The notes below the pieces were generated by a model. That model saw only the letters and a program-made list of their open reading frames with translations. It ran no database searches and was not told the DNA's origin. A DNA stretch of 63,973 nucleotides, the filler included, from Perkinsus olseni (lineage: Eukaryota), in the NCBI GenBank assembly GCA_013115125.1. It is 4 parts of 4 records of this genome, joined end to end, with 100 filler letters (N's around TTAATTAATTAA, not from the genome) between each part and the next. Parts side by side here need not be neighbours in the genome. Positions count along the whole stretch, not along the records: positions 50,546 to 63,973 come from JABANN010000757.1; 3 more parts are not named here. One strand, written 5' to 3'. Below are positions 50,446-62,408 of this stretch, in pieces; within the stretch, counting starts at the first letter, position 1, and each line of letters starts with the position of its first letter. Position numbers and translations under genes: made by a program.

Positions 50446-50545
50446 NNNNNNNNNNNNNNNNNNNNNNNNNNNNNNNNNNNNNNNNNNNNTTAATTAATTA
50501 ANNNNNNNNNNNNNNNNNNNNNNNNNNNNNNNNNNNNNNNNNNNN
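50446..50545. other. Artificial contig linker
   Basis: N44-TTAATTAATTAA-N44. Confidence 0.99.
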
Positions 50546-51022
50546 CAGCAGTTCCGTCCGACAAGAAGCTATAGTTATTTTGGCCTATCGATCAAGTCCC
50601 CCGCACGTACGACATAAGAGACCCCAAATAAACCTGCTCGAAAACCTATTTCCAAGGAATGCAGCCGCCCTCATAGGTCCCTACGGCCGTCACACAAAAC
50701 AGCAGCGTACCAGCGTTGCTCTCCCCAGCAAACACCTATTCTATTGTGCTGCCCTACTTCTGGGCCAGAAGTTCTGGCAACGACAGTTTACACGAAATAG
50801 CACCAAAAACCCGCTCATGAGCTAGTATTTCTAGGAAAGAGCAGCGCTGCTATTCGATGGTTCAGTAACGCATAAAAGGTGCATTCTTGAAAATCTCATC
50901 TTTCTCCAATTACCAATAGATGCTCTAACCCATTGCACTTCACAAAAACGCACCGAAAAATTAAGCAGTTATTTCAAGGCGTTGCCTACGCATCTTTCTA
51001 GGCAACGCCGCCTTGCCAACTC

Positions 51023-52128
51023 GTGAGTACATACGTGAGTCACGTAACGTGTTTGTTTATTGTGTTCATTGTGTTTCTAATTTTCGTCGATGACCTGCCG
51101 CGTCCAGTGCTCGCATGCACCTACTGGTGTGATTTGGCAGCTCCCTCTCGTCTTCTTCCCACCCTGTTCCCCTATCTCACTCTCGCGATTCTCCCTGTGG
51201 CTGCCTTGAGCAAGCTCGGGCTCGAAGCAATGGGAAACGCGAAGGATCTTGAACGCATGAGAGAGGAGCTGTTCTCGACGCGCAGCAACCGAGCGACAAA
51301 TCTTCCGGCCACCCGGAGGTATAGCAGCAGGCCTCAGGCTTATAGCTCTGAGCCCCGCGACAGACGTTCAGCGCGCGGAGCATTTCTACGTCCAGGAGTA
51401 AGTTCCCGTTATACGTCCTGTCTCGACCTCCAGTCCTGATTGAGCGGCTCGCCTCAGCAGAAAAAGCCTATGATTGCTCACGCTGTTTTACTCTTCGTCT
51501 ACGACCTGTGACGCCCTCACGCTGCCTCCACAGGTATATGTACACGAGTTAGAGTCGGGCTGTGAAATCGAGCAGACGAGTCCCCTTGAAAAGATGCGCT
51601 TCAAGTTTTTCTTCCGGTCGAAGGAGGATCCTAATGTCGGGGATGTGGTGTGCACTTCACTTTACGATAAGAAGCATTGGTATTATTTGTAAGTCTTTGG
51701 GTGGGCTTCTGCATGGAATCGACCTAATTATGCGTCCTTGAATGCTCGCCGTGCTGCTTCTCAGTGATACGAGGTTGTGGTTCTTCCGCGGCAATGTCGA
51801 CGACGTGGAGATCCGAGGTGCCAAGAAGGAGAGCTGGGACGTGGTCCAGGAGGCCGGCCTATTACCATTGCACCATCTTTCCTCTCATGCTCGACAGGTT
51901 CTCAAGCAGAACGCACCTCCGGACTCGTTTGATTATACAGGCATTGACAAGTGCCGCCGCATAGCCGAGGCCATCCTCGGTGACCCTCCCCAAGGCTACA
52001 AGCGATATGGGGACCGCTGGATACTCGAGTTCCACAGGAAGAATGCTGAGGCAATTAGAGAGATGATGGTTGAACTGAAGCGGATCTATGATGAAGAAGA
52101 GCAGCCGGCGTCAAACTTGAGTGCATAG
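51023..52128 (+). CDS. Lineage-specific hypothetical protein, about 3 exons (start uncertain)
   Basis: Three coding-like ORF segments separated by GT..AG introns (~51398-51532 and ~51689-51764); hydrophobic leader. Confidence 0.55.
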
Positions 52129-53306
52129 GGCGGGTTCAGAGTCGATAATTCTCCTTCTTCTGTGTTGTTGTTTATTCATCATGATGCTCATGTCTGTGTA
52201 CTTGCTTTGGTATGTTTAGCGTTACAAGTGTATCGAGAAGGAAGTCTATATGCCAAAAAGCTAGGAGAACCTCGGGGCGAGCCACGATGCTGTGTTGTCG
52301 ACTGGTATAGACGCTAGAAGGCCAGCGACGCCGAACTGGCATTCTTATTCGCCAATTCGATGCTACGATTTCGGCCCTACCACCGAACTGCTGTCTTCAC
52401 TCGCTAATATGATATGCTCGAGTGCTGGCATAGCGGCCGCACTCTAGGTCGGATACAGTTTCGAATGGTAGACACGACCGCATACTATTCCGACTGAGTC
52501 AGTCTGGGACACTTAGTAAGTCTAACACACCTAGTAAGTGGAGAAGTAGTTGGTTGTGACCAAGGTCCGGTTAGCGAGTGGGGTCAGCTACCTTGCCCAC
52601 CAGGAGGAGGTGCGCCTAGATGCTGCTCTCTGGTCAACACTGGTGACCTCCGCATCCTACCTCAGGGTCAAGGGATGGGAAGAAAAGCAAGTCCCTATGA
52701 TGTTCCACGGGATAGTTATCGTCATGTTGATCTGGCCTAGCCGCTACCAGAGGCCCGGCAGGGTAAGTTCAGCGTCGGTTGTACATAGTACCCTTGAGCG
52801 CTGGTCTTGCTATTGTGTTTCTTGTCCTTCTTCCTTCTGCGATTTCACTCTCGTGGAATCCTAGACTAGGATTCCTAGTCGGAATCACTACCAGTACACG
52901 CGCACGATGAAGACATCGTGGTAGGGGAGGCGTACTAGTCCGAGATGCACTCGGGGGCCAATTTTACACGACGTCCACCAGGTTTGTGGTGCTAACCCTA
53001 AGTGCCCACTCGAAAGCTGCTTTTAGGGCCAGTTGGTTTCACATGACCTATCTTGGGTGGCCACTCGTCAAAGGACTCCTGAATTCGGGGACCCGCCGCC
53101 TAGGTGCGCACTAAACCCCGTTTCACACTGAGTTTAGGGCTCCAAAAGGGCCATTTAGTGAAAGCCACAGGCTAGCCTGTGAGCAAAGTTTAAGCAAGCC
53201 GAAATCCCGGGGCTGTCCCGAGTGACACAATGTTGTGTCACGAGCTAGCAGCGCTACAACGGTCTGTAAATGTCATCATATCGAACTGTTGATTTCTTTT
53301 TTTTTC

Positions 53307-54466
53307 ATGCCAGTCGCTAACAACGTTGAGGAGAAAGTTAAAGCGTTGGCCAAGGACCTTCTGGGAGAGAACCCCATCACTGAGGACGCCTTGAACACTC
53401 TGGTCTCGAACTTGGTGAATAACGATCTAACTACGATCGACTTCTTGGCTCAAGCCCCAGTGGCACTGGTTGATGCTGTACTCAACGCTTATAACGGTGA
53501 AGCGGCCAAGGCGTCGGCTAGACTCAGGCTGGATGTTATAATAGAGGAAGCGCAAGCGCGCCGCTCTCTAAAACGCAAAAGAGCTGAGAAGGAAGTCGAG
53601 GTCTTCAACATGGCAACTGGCTTGAAGAACCTACAGGATCACGTTGGCCCGTTGGCTCTCAAAGCTCCTCCAGAGCTGATCCCGCAGAGCCGGTTCTTGA
53701 ACAAGTTGAAAGAAGACCCCTATACATATGTTCCTATGCCGGACTTACAAGTAGCCCAAGATGTCGTCGACAGCTCAGTGACAACCAAAGAGAACCTAGA
53801 AACTGGTAAGCCTGTACACATCAAGCTGTCTCCGTCGAAGCCTGTTACTAACCTAGCCCAATGGGTTAGCTGTTTTTCGCGCTTTGGAATAGCCTTGATG
53901 ATTATCATTCCTTCTGTCGAGGAGGTCAGTTCTTTGGCTATTATCGCTTACATCAACCTAATCATTAAGCTAACTGAGAACACTTCTTTCAACCAAGCAA
54001 CTGCTTTCGACGAGCAGTATCGCTCCCGGGTATCGGGTTATCACTCCAGGGGTCTGTCATAGTCGGACATTTTAGCCGACCCTGGTTCGGTAGACTCCGC
54101 CTTGCTGGTTAGTGCCCAAGTGGGTGTCCTTAACCGTGATCGTGACTCCAAGTCGGAGGGTAAGAAATCTCAGAATCGGTTCGACCAAGTCTGTCGGTAT
54201 TGGAAGCAGGGCCGTTGTAACCAAGGTTCTCGCTGCCGGTTCCGACATAGTTATCCCGACTCCCGTCAACAGCAACAGCACTCTGGCAAGTCTTTCTATG
54301 ACGTCGATGCTCTCAAGAACAATAACGATTTCTTAGAAATCATTTCTACCCTGGCTCTGGGAAAAGCAACCAGAAAGATGCTGAAGGCGCCTCTCGCGGT
54401 CGTTCTCGAAGACCAAAACGCTCGAGGTCGAGGTCATCTGACGTCAATGACTCTTCAAAAAAATGA
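53307..54466 (+). pseudogene. Gag-like ORF1 with CCCH zinc finger
   Basis: ATG at 53307, in-frame TAG at 54060, then CRYWKQGRCNQGSRCRFRH; a probable 1-nt frameshift near 54330 leads to an RS-rich tail ending in a TGA that overlaps the RT ATG. Confidence 0.75.
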
Positions 54467-56626
54467 GTAGGGGCTGTACACTTGAATCGATGTACAGTCC
54501 CGCTCGCACATCACCATCGGTTCAGCTTGAGAAAGTTCTCATTTCCTGTCCTTTCTATAAGTCTACCAAACTGGCCAATGAGGCCACTATCCCAGTCATC
54601 TCTTCTTCTGATGAACGACGTTTGTTGAGTCTTGCAAAAGCAAAGTACTTGGCGGAGTCCCAGAGCCGTCTGAACTATATAGTCGATGGGTCTGGATTAC
54701 CAAAGAATGTATCTCTACCCAAGCGGAATCTCGCTTGCCTTCTCAAGTTCGAGGAGCGTTTAAGCACCGTAGTTGCAAAGTACAAGTTAAAGCTTGCCAT
54801 TGAGCATCTCGAGACCCCCGAAAGCATCGATGCCTTTCACCAAGCGAGTTGTGACCTCGCTAGCGCGATTGAGTCTCATGTTAACTCAAACTGTCAACCT
54901 CATCCTGCCACAAGCCTGCGGCCAGCGGTGTTCAAGTTTTTCATGGAAATGTTTGACATCGACCCTTTCGAAGTCGAAACAATTCACGAAATGCTGACTC
55001 GTGGAGCATCCATTGGTGCAAATGAACCCATCCCACAGTCAATTTATTGGCCCTCGGCGAAGAGCTCCATTGCCAACAAAACTATATATAAAGTAACTAA
55101 GAATTACAAGAGTGTCGGTCAGAATGAGAAAATAGTGAATGAAAAATTCCAGGACGAAGTCGCCCGTGGATTTATGAAATGGCTCACCAAAGATGAGGAG
55201 AAGGGGAGGGATTTCGCACCCATGGCTTTACTCGTCAAGTCAAATGCACCCTCCAATGAGTCCGAGAGGAAGCTTTCTCACTATAGGCTCATAGAAGACT
55301 ACACAAGGAGCCTTCTAAACAAAAAATGCCGTTGCTCACGGACTTTGCTACTCCCAAAATTACAGGATGTGGTTAAAACTCTCTCGTCGTTGGTGGACCA
55401 GAAACGTCTGGTGCCTCCAATTGGATCTGGCATCTGCCTTTCGGCACATTCCAATCAGGCACGAAGATGCCAGTCTGCTAAATGTACGAACATCCTTAAG
55501 AGCAGCTCAACACCTGGTCTTGCCCTTCGGCTTAAAAACATCCCCGTACAACTTTGCAAGGGTCAGTGGCATGTGCCACCGTTTGATAAAACTGATCACT
55601 TCATCAATGTATGGCCAATCATCGTCTCACTCGCTATTATACGTCGATGATTTGATTCAGTTTTATCAAGGTGACGTTGAAAGCTCAACTGCGCTCACAA
55701 CTATATTGTTATGGCTATGCTTCGGCTTCAAATTGCAACTTGAAAAAATGTCCATCAACAAGAACCCCACTAAGTTTATAGGTTATTCACTTGAGTTCAA
55801 AGAGTCCGGCGATGTGTGGTTGGCGATCCCCGATGATAAGATCGAGAAGATGTCGTCATCTATCTCACACATGCTTCAGCAACAGCAGTGTTCTCTGAAG
55901 GAGTTGGAATCCATCTCCGGAAAATTGAATTGGGTATGTAACTTGATTCCACACATGCGTGTGTATCTCTCATCTTTGTATGGCGCCATCGCCATCATGA
56001 ATCGCCGGAAGATGAGATTCTTGAAAATCGGCAAGACTCTTCGTGGTGACTGCTCTCTCTGGTTGAAAGTTCTGCAAGACAAGACTGTCTACAACAAACT
56101 GGTTGTTGAAGCCTAGCCAGTACCATCCCACTTCTCAATTTTAGCGTCAGATGCCTCGCTGAACGGTATATGCGGCTTTCTCCACATCAACCGCAAGTCT
56201 TGTTATTTTTCCTTTCCTCTAAGTGCCTTTTCGTCAGCACAACGTAGGGTTTTGCTGCGTGACGAGAATCATCCCAAGTCAAGGGACATGGTTACTCTTG
56301 AACTACTAAGTGCTCTTCACACTCTCTATCTCGCAACAACTCTCAACCCGGGAAAACGAGTGCCTGTAATCATTGCTGTGGATAACACTGCTACGCAAGG
56401 CATAATCAAGAAGTTATACTCCAAGCGGAGCGTACTCCGAAATCTACTACTTAGAGCTCTACCTCGCATTGTAAATGGGTTGTCTGCAGTCTCGGTAATC
56501 CATCTGAAGTCAGAAGAGAATAAAATAGCCGATTACCTATCGCGCAATACAAAAGTGAATCTCCCCCCGGAGTGGGCCCGTTTGACTCGAAGCCCGGACT
56601 GGATACTAGGCTCGGTCGTAACGTAG
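54463..56626 (+). pseudogene. Reverse transcriptase-RNase H
   Basis: YRLIED, LDLASAF, LPFGLKTSP, YVDD, FIGY, GKLNW; RNase H SDAS, LELL, VDN, NKIADYLSR; +1 frameshift near 55400 and in-frame TAG at 56114. Confidence 0.92.
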
Positions 56627-56735
56627 GCTGCATGATGCCGTAGATACCCCTATTGCTGTTCTCTGATGATACTAGCTATGCATGCTTCAATGTGAATAAA
56701 CTAGAAAGTTGTCAGCCTACGATACAATTAATCTT

Positions 56736-57905
56736 ATGCCTTGGTAGATACATACGACATCTGGTAAATGCAGCAGCCTCCTCAAAAGACCAAAACAATC
56801 TCCGTTACCGAGCGATCGAGCTGCTGCCGTTGCTGGGGTCCTATGGAAGTCATCCGACTCAAGCTCGCAGATCGATCACTTCATCAATGACTCAAGAGCA
56901 GCTTCTACCCATCAAGGTGCAAAGTCCGCTGTGAACCTCTTCATGAAATGTCTGCCAGAGGGCGAAGCCGCCTTCCCACTGCAAATCCACTTGCTGATCG
57001 GTTTCTTGATGGTCATGGTTCACTCAGGGGCTTATTGCTACTCCACTATGAAAAGTTATGTATCTCATCTAAAGACCGTGAGCCGTCAGAAGTATCACCG
57101 CGTTTTTTCGGAGTTAGAAGAGAGCCTTCTGAGAGATGCGTTCAAATCGGCGGCAAAAAAATGCCCACCAAAAGCTCCAAAACAGAAGCGCCCTCTCACG
57201 GTTTATGAGTTAACTTCACTCGCCAGGGTTACAGTTATAGGTGGCTTGTCCAACACTAGCACCAAAACAATAGTGGTAGCCTCATTAATCGCAACCTTCG
57301 GATTATTGCGATCCAAAGAAGCCCTGAGCCTCCAAATGAGAGACATAAAGTTCTCCATACATGGCGAGTGTGAAGTCTGCTCCATCCTATTAAGGTCCTC
57401 TAAGACCGACCAGACCGGCCAGGGGCACACAGTACAGATTGGGTGTGCCCAACGAGCGCGGAATTGCGCTACACCTCATTGCGCCGTACACCGGCTTAAA
57501 GAGATGTTTTTCAGTCATCATTGTAATTTAAATAGCGCCTCAAAGGTCTTCAATTTGAAACCTGACTAATGGCGTAAGGGTTTGAGAAGCCTGCTAGAGA
57601 AGGTTCATGGCCGTTCCCTGGAACATGAGCCGTTGGGTACACATTCACTAAGACGAACAGGCTGTCAACTACTATATCGAGCAGGCCTTTCTATGTGGGC
57701 CATAATGGAATATGGCAGATGGACTAGCTCTGCGGTCGAACAATATTTGACAGGAGTCACGCTCACATCAGCCCCAATTTACTCTGACATGATGATCTGT
57801 GCCAATGATGCTGGCGGTCCTTATGTCAGTCTATCGCCGCCATTAATGCCGAGTGACGAAGACAAGAGCGACGACGCCAGTGAGAAGTTCTCGCTTGCTC
57901 AGTGA
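56736..57905 (+). pseudogene. Tyrosine recombinase
   Basis: Catalytic set GLLRSKE, SKTDQ, HSLRRTG, GRW and EQY; in-frame TAG at 56745 and TAA at 57567. Confidence 0.92.
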
Positions 57906-58543
57906 TGTGGTCAATATCTCTATGGGTGCGCCATGCCCGATACGTCAAGTATCACAGCGCATGGTGTTGAGTGTGCAAGTCATCTTGCGCACTCGAGATA
58001 CAACCCACACTCCCAAGCCTCAAGTGAGGGTGCGAGTTTAAAGCGTCGTAAAAGACGATACTGCCCTCTGAATCTCTACCGTAGTTGAGTTATTTCCAAG
58101 TAAGGGAAAGGCGCGCTTAAAGGGACCACTTGACTTGAGTGGCCCCTCAACCGAGAGGGTCCGATTCATCTGAAAAGTCCTAAGCAGTGAGGGACCTTTA
58201 CTAAGGGTCTCAAAATCCGTTCCTGAGTGTGAGTGACTGTTCCGTGGGGGTTATGTGAAATATGCCCCGGACGTTGAATAAGTATTATATTCCCCCTATA
58301 TCTGCGGCCAGTGATGGTATATTTCGTACCCCTCAACTCCAGCCGAACCGCGCAACCTCTTGGCTCGAGTTTGCACTGCTGCTGATGTGCCAAGTCTTGT
58401 TCCCAGTGACGCCGAGCAGTTCTGAGCCCTATGTCTGGTCTCAGGGGGACTCAACACCACACACCTAGTATCACACAACAAGTGACATCATTGACACGCA
58501 CATGTAGATAAACACTCCAAAAAAAACTGATTCCTGCCAACCT

Positions 58544-59365
58544 CTAAGGGCAATTGCTAGGTCTAAAGAAAGTAGGCCTACTATGAAGACTATAGTGGGT
58601 GAAGTGGTCGCGACCGTGTTTCAGTTTCGCACTATAATACAGCTGTTGCAAAACCTTGAGCTTCTCGGTACCAACAGCCTTGATAAGATCTTGAGCCTTC
58701 AGCTTGATTTTCAACCCCCACATGTCCTGCACTGAAACGACCGGCAATACGTCGGTGTCATAGTGTGCATTCATCTCGAACTTGTTTGAAGACAACTCAT
58801 AGACGTTAAGGGTAGGCTTACCGCCTCCCACGAACTCCAGCTTGAGGAAGATATTCTCCTTGGTCCAACGGGCGCAGTAAGACCCTTGCGGCATGTGAGG
58901 GTGGTGGGTGCGGATGCTCAAGGCCTTGGGAATGACCGGCTCGATACTTCGTGCCTCGGGGCAGAGGTTATTTCTATACAACCTGGTGTCCCTCCCCTCC
59001 TTAAACTTAGGGGAAAGGTAATTGAATGTTCCTTTTGGAGTGCCGAGAGAAGTGATAGAGTCGACCTCAACCGGTCCCAACTTTTTGATGAGTTCCCCGT
59101 TCGTCAGGCGAATGTGATAGTAATCGTAAGACAAGATCTCTTCGGTCTTGTACTGGACGTCCTTCTCCTTCACCCCAGACGCTTCATCGCTCACATCAAT
59201 AACAGGCTTGGAGCCATCTTTCGGGACCTTGAATGTAATCCGCGTGCACTGCCTGTCATCGAGAGAAGAGCGGCAGTAATGTCCATTCGGGTACCTCGAT
59301 ACCGCAGCCGACGGCTGCCCTTCGAAAGCAATCGTTGAGATAAGTAGAATGCGAAGACGCGACAT
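58544..59365 (-). CDS. Lineage-specific, probably secreted protein with two internal repeats
   Basis: Intronless ORF with leader MSRLRILLISTIAF; repeats begin PNGHYC and PQGSYC and each ends in ..CP. Confidence 0.7.
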   Translation of the reverse strand: MSRLRILLISTIAFEGQPSAAVSRYPNGHYCRSSLDDRQCTRITFKVPKDGSKPVIDVSDEASGVKEKDVQYKTEEILSYDYYHIRLTNGELIKKLGPVEVDSITSLGTPKGTFNYLSPKFKEGRDTRLYRNNLCPEARSIEPVIPKALSIRTHHPHMPQGSYCARWTKENIFLKLEFVGGGKPTLNVYELSSNKFEMNAHYDTDVLPVVSVQDMWGLKIKLKAQDLIKAVGTEKLKVLQQLYYSAKLKHGRDHFTHYSLHSRPTFFRPSNCP

Positions 59366-60080
59366 GGAATAACGAGATGGCTCTCCGAATACAACCACAA
59401 CTGTACATCCGCCGGGAATCGGATCCGACCACGAAGAACAAAGCGGAGGCATCTCACGTATAATCCGAGTTCTCCGACGAACCACGCGTGCAATGGATTG
59501 CTTCCTTTCCCTCCTCCAAGGCCCAACGTTAACAGTCAGTTAGGCGGCCCGTCTAATGGTCGTATTGTTAAGTTTATTGATCCACTGACCCTATCTTCCA
59601 CTGATGAGAAGCTACGCTGAAGCTAAGGCAATTGGCGGATGACAAGAAGACAGCAGATGCAAGATAGGAATCCAAATGGCAAAACTAGGGTGTTGTGTTC
59701 CCAATCAACCACTCTCTAACAGTATCAACTTTCACTTCCTATTCGAGACTCGTGAGGAGTAACTGCAGCAACTATCCTCGAGTTCAGCGGTGGAACGGTG
59801 CGGAAGAAATCTGTTGAGCGAATCTTCGCCGCCAATTCAGCGCCACGCCGAATCGGGCGATCTCGTTGCGGAATCGCTCGAACGACCCTCGTTCCGTTCT
59901 TCTGGACTTGCCTCTGGCCAAGACTGTCGCGTTCGACCGATCGCCGATGAGCAGACCGACCAAGATGAGGAGATGAGTTCGGGTCCAACACTGCCGAGTC
60001 TATTAGACTCTCCCATATGGGGGCAACCCGGCACAAGTTGAACGAGATTAGACATGACAAAGCACCACCAGAACATGTGG

Positions 60081-62408
60081 TCAAGTGTACTTGCCATCGC
60101 CGTGGCGTCCTCTGAGCAGTCGGATGCCTATCATGAGCACACCAAGCCCTAGTAGTAGCAGCAGTGGCACCACGGCAGAAGCTCCTCCATCCGGTAGGAG
60201 CTCCGTCACGCCTAAAAAATGGAAACCGACCCTCTCCCAGGATGCCGAAGCCGATGCTGCAAAGCTCTCGAACAGCCATTGAGAGATCGAGGCTATTTTC
60301 CGCTCACCTCGGAAAGTTCCACTCGGGTTGTGAAGCGAAGACTCACCAACCCTCGTCCCTTGGCACACTGGACGCTCTGCAAGACCGGGCCTTATCCAAC
60401 TCGGAGGCATCTTGTCAATAACCTCAACACTTTCAAATTCCACCGGTGTGAAGGAAGCGCCGACCACGTTATACCTGTCGTCACGAGACGGCAGCGAACA
60501 TTTCATCGAGATTTTCCCCACCATTCGACGGTCCTCTGCAGACCGGTTACCAGGTCCACAGTTTCAGGCGGTGTGAAGATTCGTCTGACTTTCTCATGGC
60601 TAGCGACGGCATTTACGACCTCCAAACGAGCAGGTTCGTACCTCGCCGGAGGAGACGCGCTGTCTACATAGCACAATGATCTTTATGTTATCATTCTAGC
60701 GTCCCGTTAGTGAACCAAATTCTCTCGACTGTTTCTCTCTTGTGATGTGCTTGCACAATGAGTGTCTTCATTCTCCATTCCTCTATGTAACAAAAATGTC
60801 CCTTCGCTCTCCTCGGTTATCTTATCGGTTATTGTTGATTTTGGAATACGACCAGTGTGGCCTATCTCATCCACTATGAGCCCATCTACTTATGATGCGC
60901 TCTACCACCACATTCGGTCCAACGAGATAGACCAAGCCCATGTCCAGTGACCAATCCACGCGCGTTCTCCTCCAGCGACCGAGGTTTCAGCAGCGGCTCT
61001 CACTTGAGAGGGTGATCAGGCTTTCCCATCGCATTAGAAATCTCCTTGGCTAGTCGATTGATATTGTACGGTGTATCGGCACCGATGTTGAAGACCTGCG
61101 AGAAGTCCACAACAGATGCCGCCTCGCAAGGTGTCCAACTTCGTTCTGAGCTGCTGTCACAAGAGGCGCCCTCGAGATGATTGGAGCCACGTCGTCTATA
61201 TACGAGAACGCTCGAAGCTGTTGACCATCTCCGAAGATCGTCAAAGGCTTCCCGTGGATGATCTGGTTCACGAAGATACCCACCACATTCCGGTACCTGA
61301 AAACTGCAGCGTAATCGCGTGAAGGATGCTGCCGAATTGAGGCCTGCCTGTCGAACATGTTCTGATGCGGACCATACACGTTGTGCGGACGGAAGACGAC
61401 GAAATTGATACCCCACATGTCGTGGGCAGCTCGGAGGTCCATCTCGAAGGCGTATCTGATGAATATTCGATAACAGTGGAAAAGGACTCGCCGGCAAAAA
61501 GCCCTCTAGGACGCAAGAAAACGGAAATTGCGAAACACCAGCTCAATAGAAGACGGGAGCGACGCACGTGAGAGAAGATTGAAGCTCGCTGCAGAGCGGC
61601 ACTGTATGGAGATCCGTCGACGGCACGGTGTAGTTTTTACTTGGATATCCCGTATGGGTCCTCGGGCTGAGGCCTGTCTTCTTCGGTGAGCGGTCTCATC
61701 TCCGCCCCATCACTGAGGTCGTCGTTCAACGGCCCGAATACCGCGATTGACGATGTGAAAACAAACGTGTGAACCTGAACAGGCGAGGCTGAAGCCAAAG
61801 AGCGAGGCATTGCCGACCTTATGGCGAACAGCTGCATTGAGTATCTCTACACTTCCGACGAGGTTGGTGCGGTAGTTGAAACTCCGCACAAAATGAGACA
61901 GGCCTTCCGCAGCGTAAGCGGCTAGATGATACACAAAGTCAAATTTGTATCTGAGGGAAAACTACAAGACTGAGAAGGCGACACTCGCGGGGCCGATACT
62001 TTTCGAATAGCCCCTCCATCGCTTCCGCATCTCTGACGTCAAGCCTCATGAAGGTGACCCCGGAGGGGACATTGGACGTAAACCCGCCTGTTAGGTCACA
62101 TCATGTGCATTCGAGACCTCTCGAAGCTACCGCTAAGGTCGTCTATCGCCACAACTTTCATTCCGAGATCTCTGCAATGCCTCGCCACATGCGAGCCGAT
62201 GAACCCTGCAGCGCCGGTCACAAGAACGGTCTGAATGAGAGGTTGGAATCCTCGTACGGTCGATCGCCATTGGGTTCACCTTTCCCTTCGCGCTGTCTTT
62301 CTCGACTTCCGAGAAGGTGTACGGTTGGTATGGTATTGGTGTCTCCCCCCTCCCGCCGAAACTTTTGCCCGCAATGATCAGGAGAAGACAGAAGCAGCGG
62401 TACGCCAT
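60081..62408 (-). CDS. Extended-SDR NDP-sugar epimerase/dehydratase (UDP-glucose 4-epimerase-like) with signal peptide and C-terminal TM
   Basis: VLVTGAAGFIGSH, HLAAYAAEGLSHF, FTSSIAVFG, PYGISK|Y, RPHNVYGP, IFGDGQQLRAFSYIDD; tail VVPLLLLLGLGVLMIGIRLLR. Confidence 0.9.

Larger units (their letters stand above)
53157..58121 (+). mobile_element. DIRS-like tyrosine-recombinase retrotransposon, near full length, disrupted
   Basis: Gag-like/CCCH, RT, RNase H and YR in order. Boundaries are taken from identity with the miniature copy at 62925-63298; the element could extend to 52525-58470. Confidence 0.9.

Noticed and set aside
53443-53454. TCTTGGCTCAAG resembling the 3' end of the perkinsid/dinoflagellate spliced leader
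   Set aside because: Only 12 nt, in frame inside gag, with no SL RNA features.
55395-55410. Programmed +1 frameshift in RT
   Set aside because: No clear slippery site or stimulator; other lesions point to ordinary decay or sequencing error.
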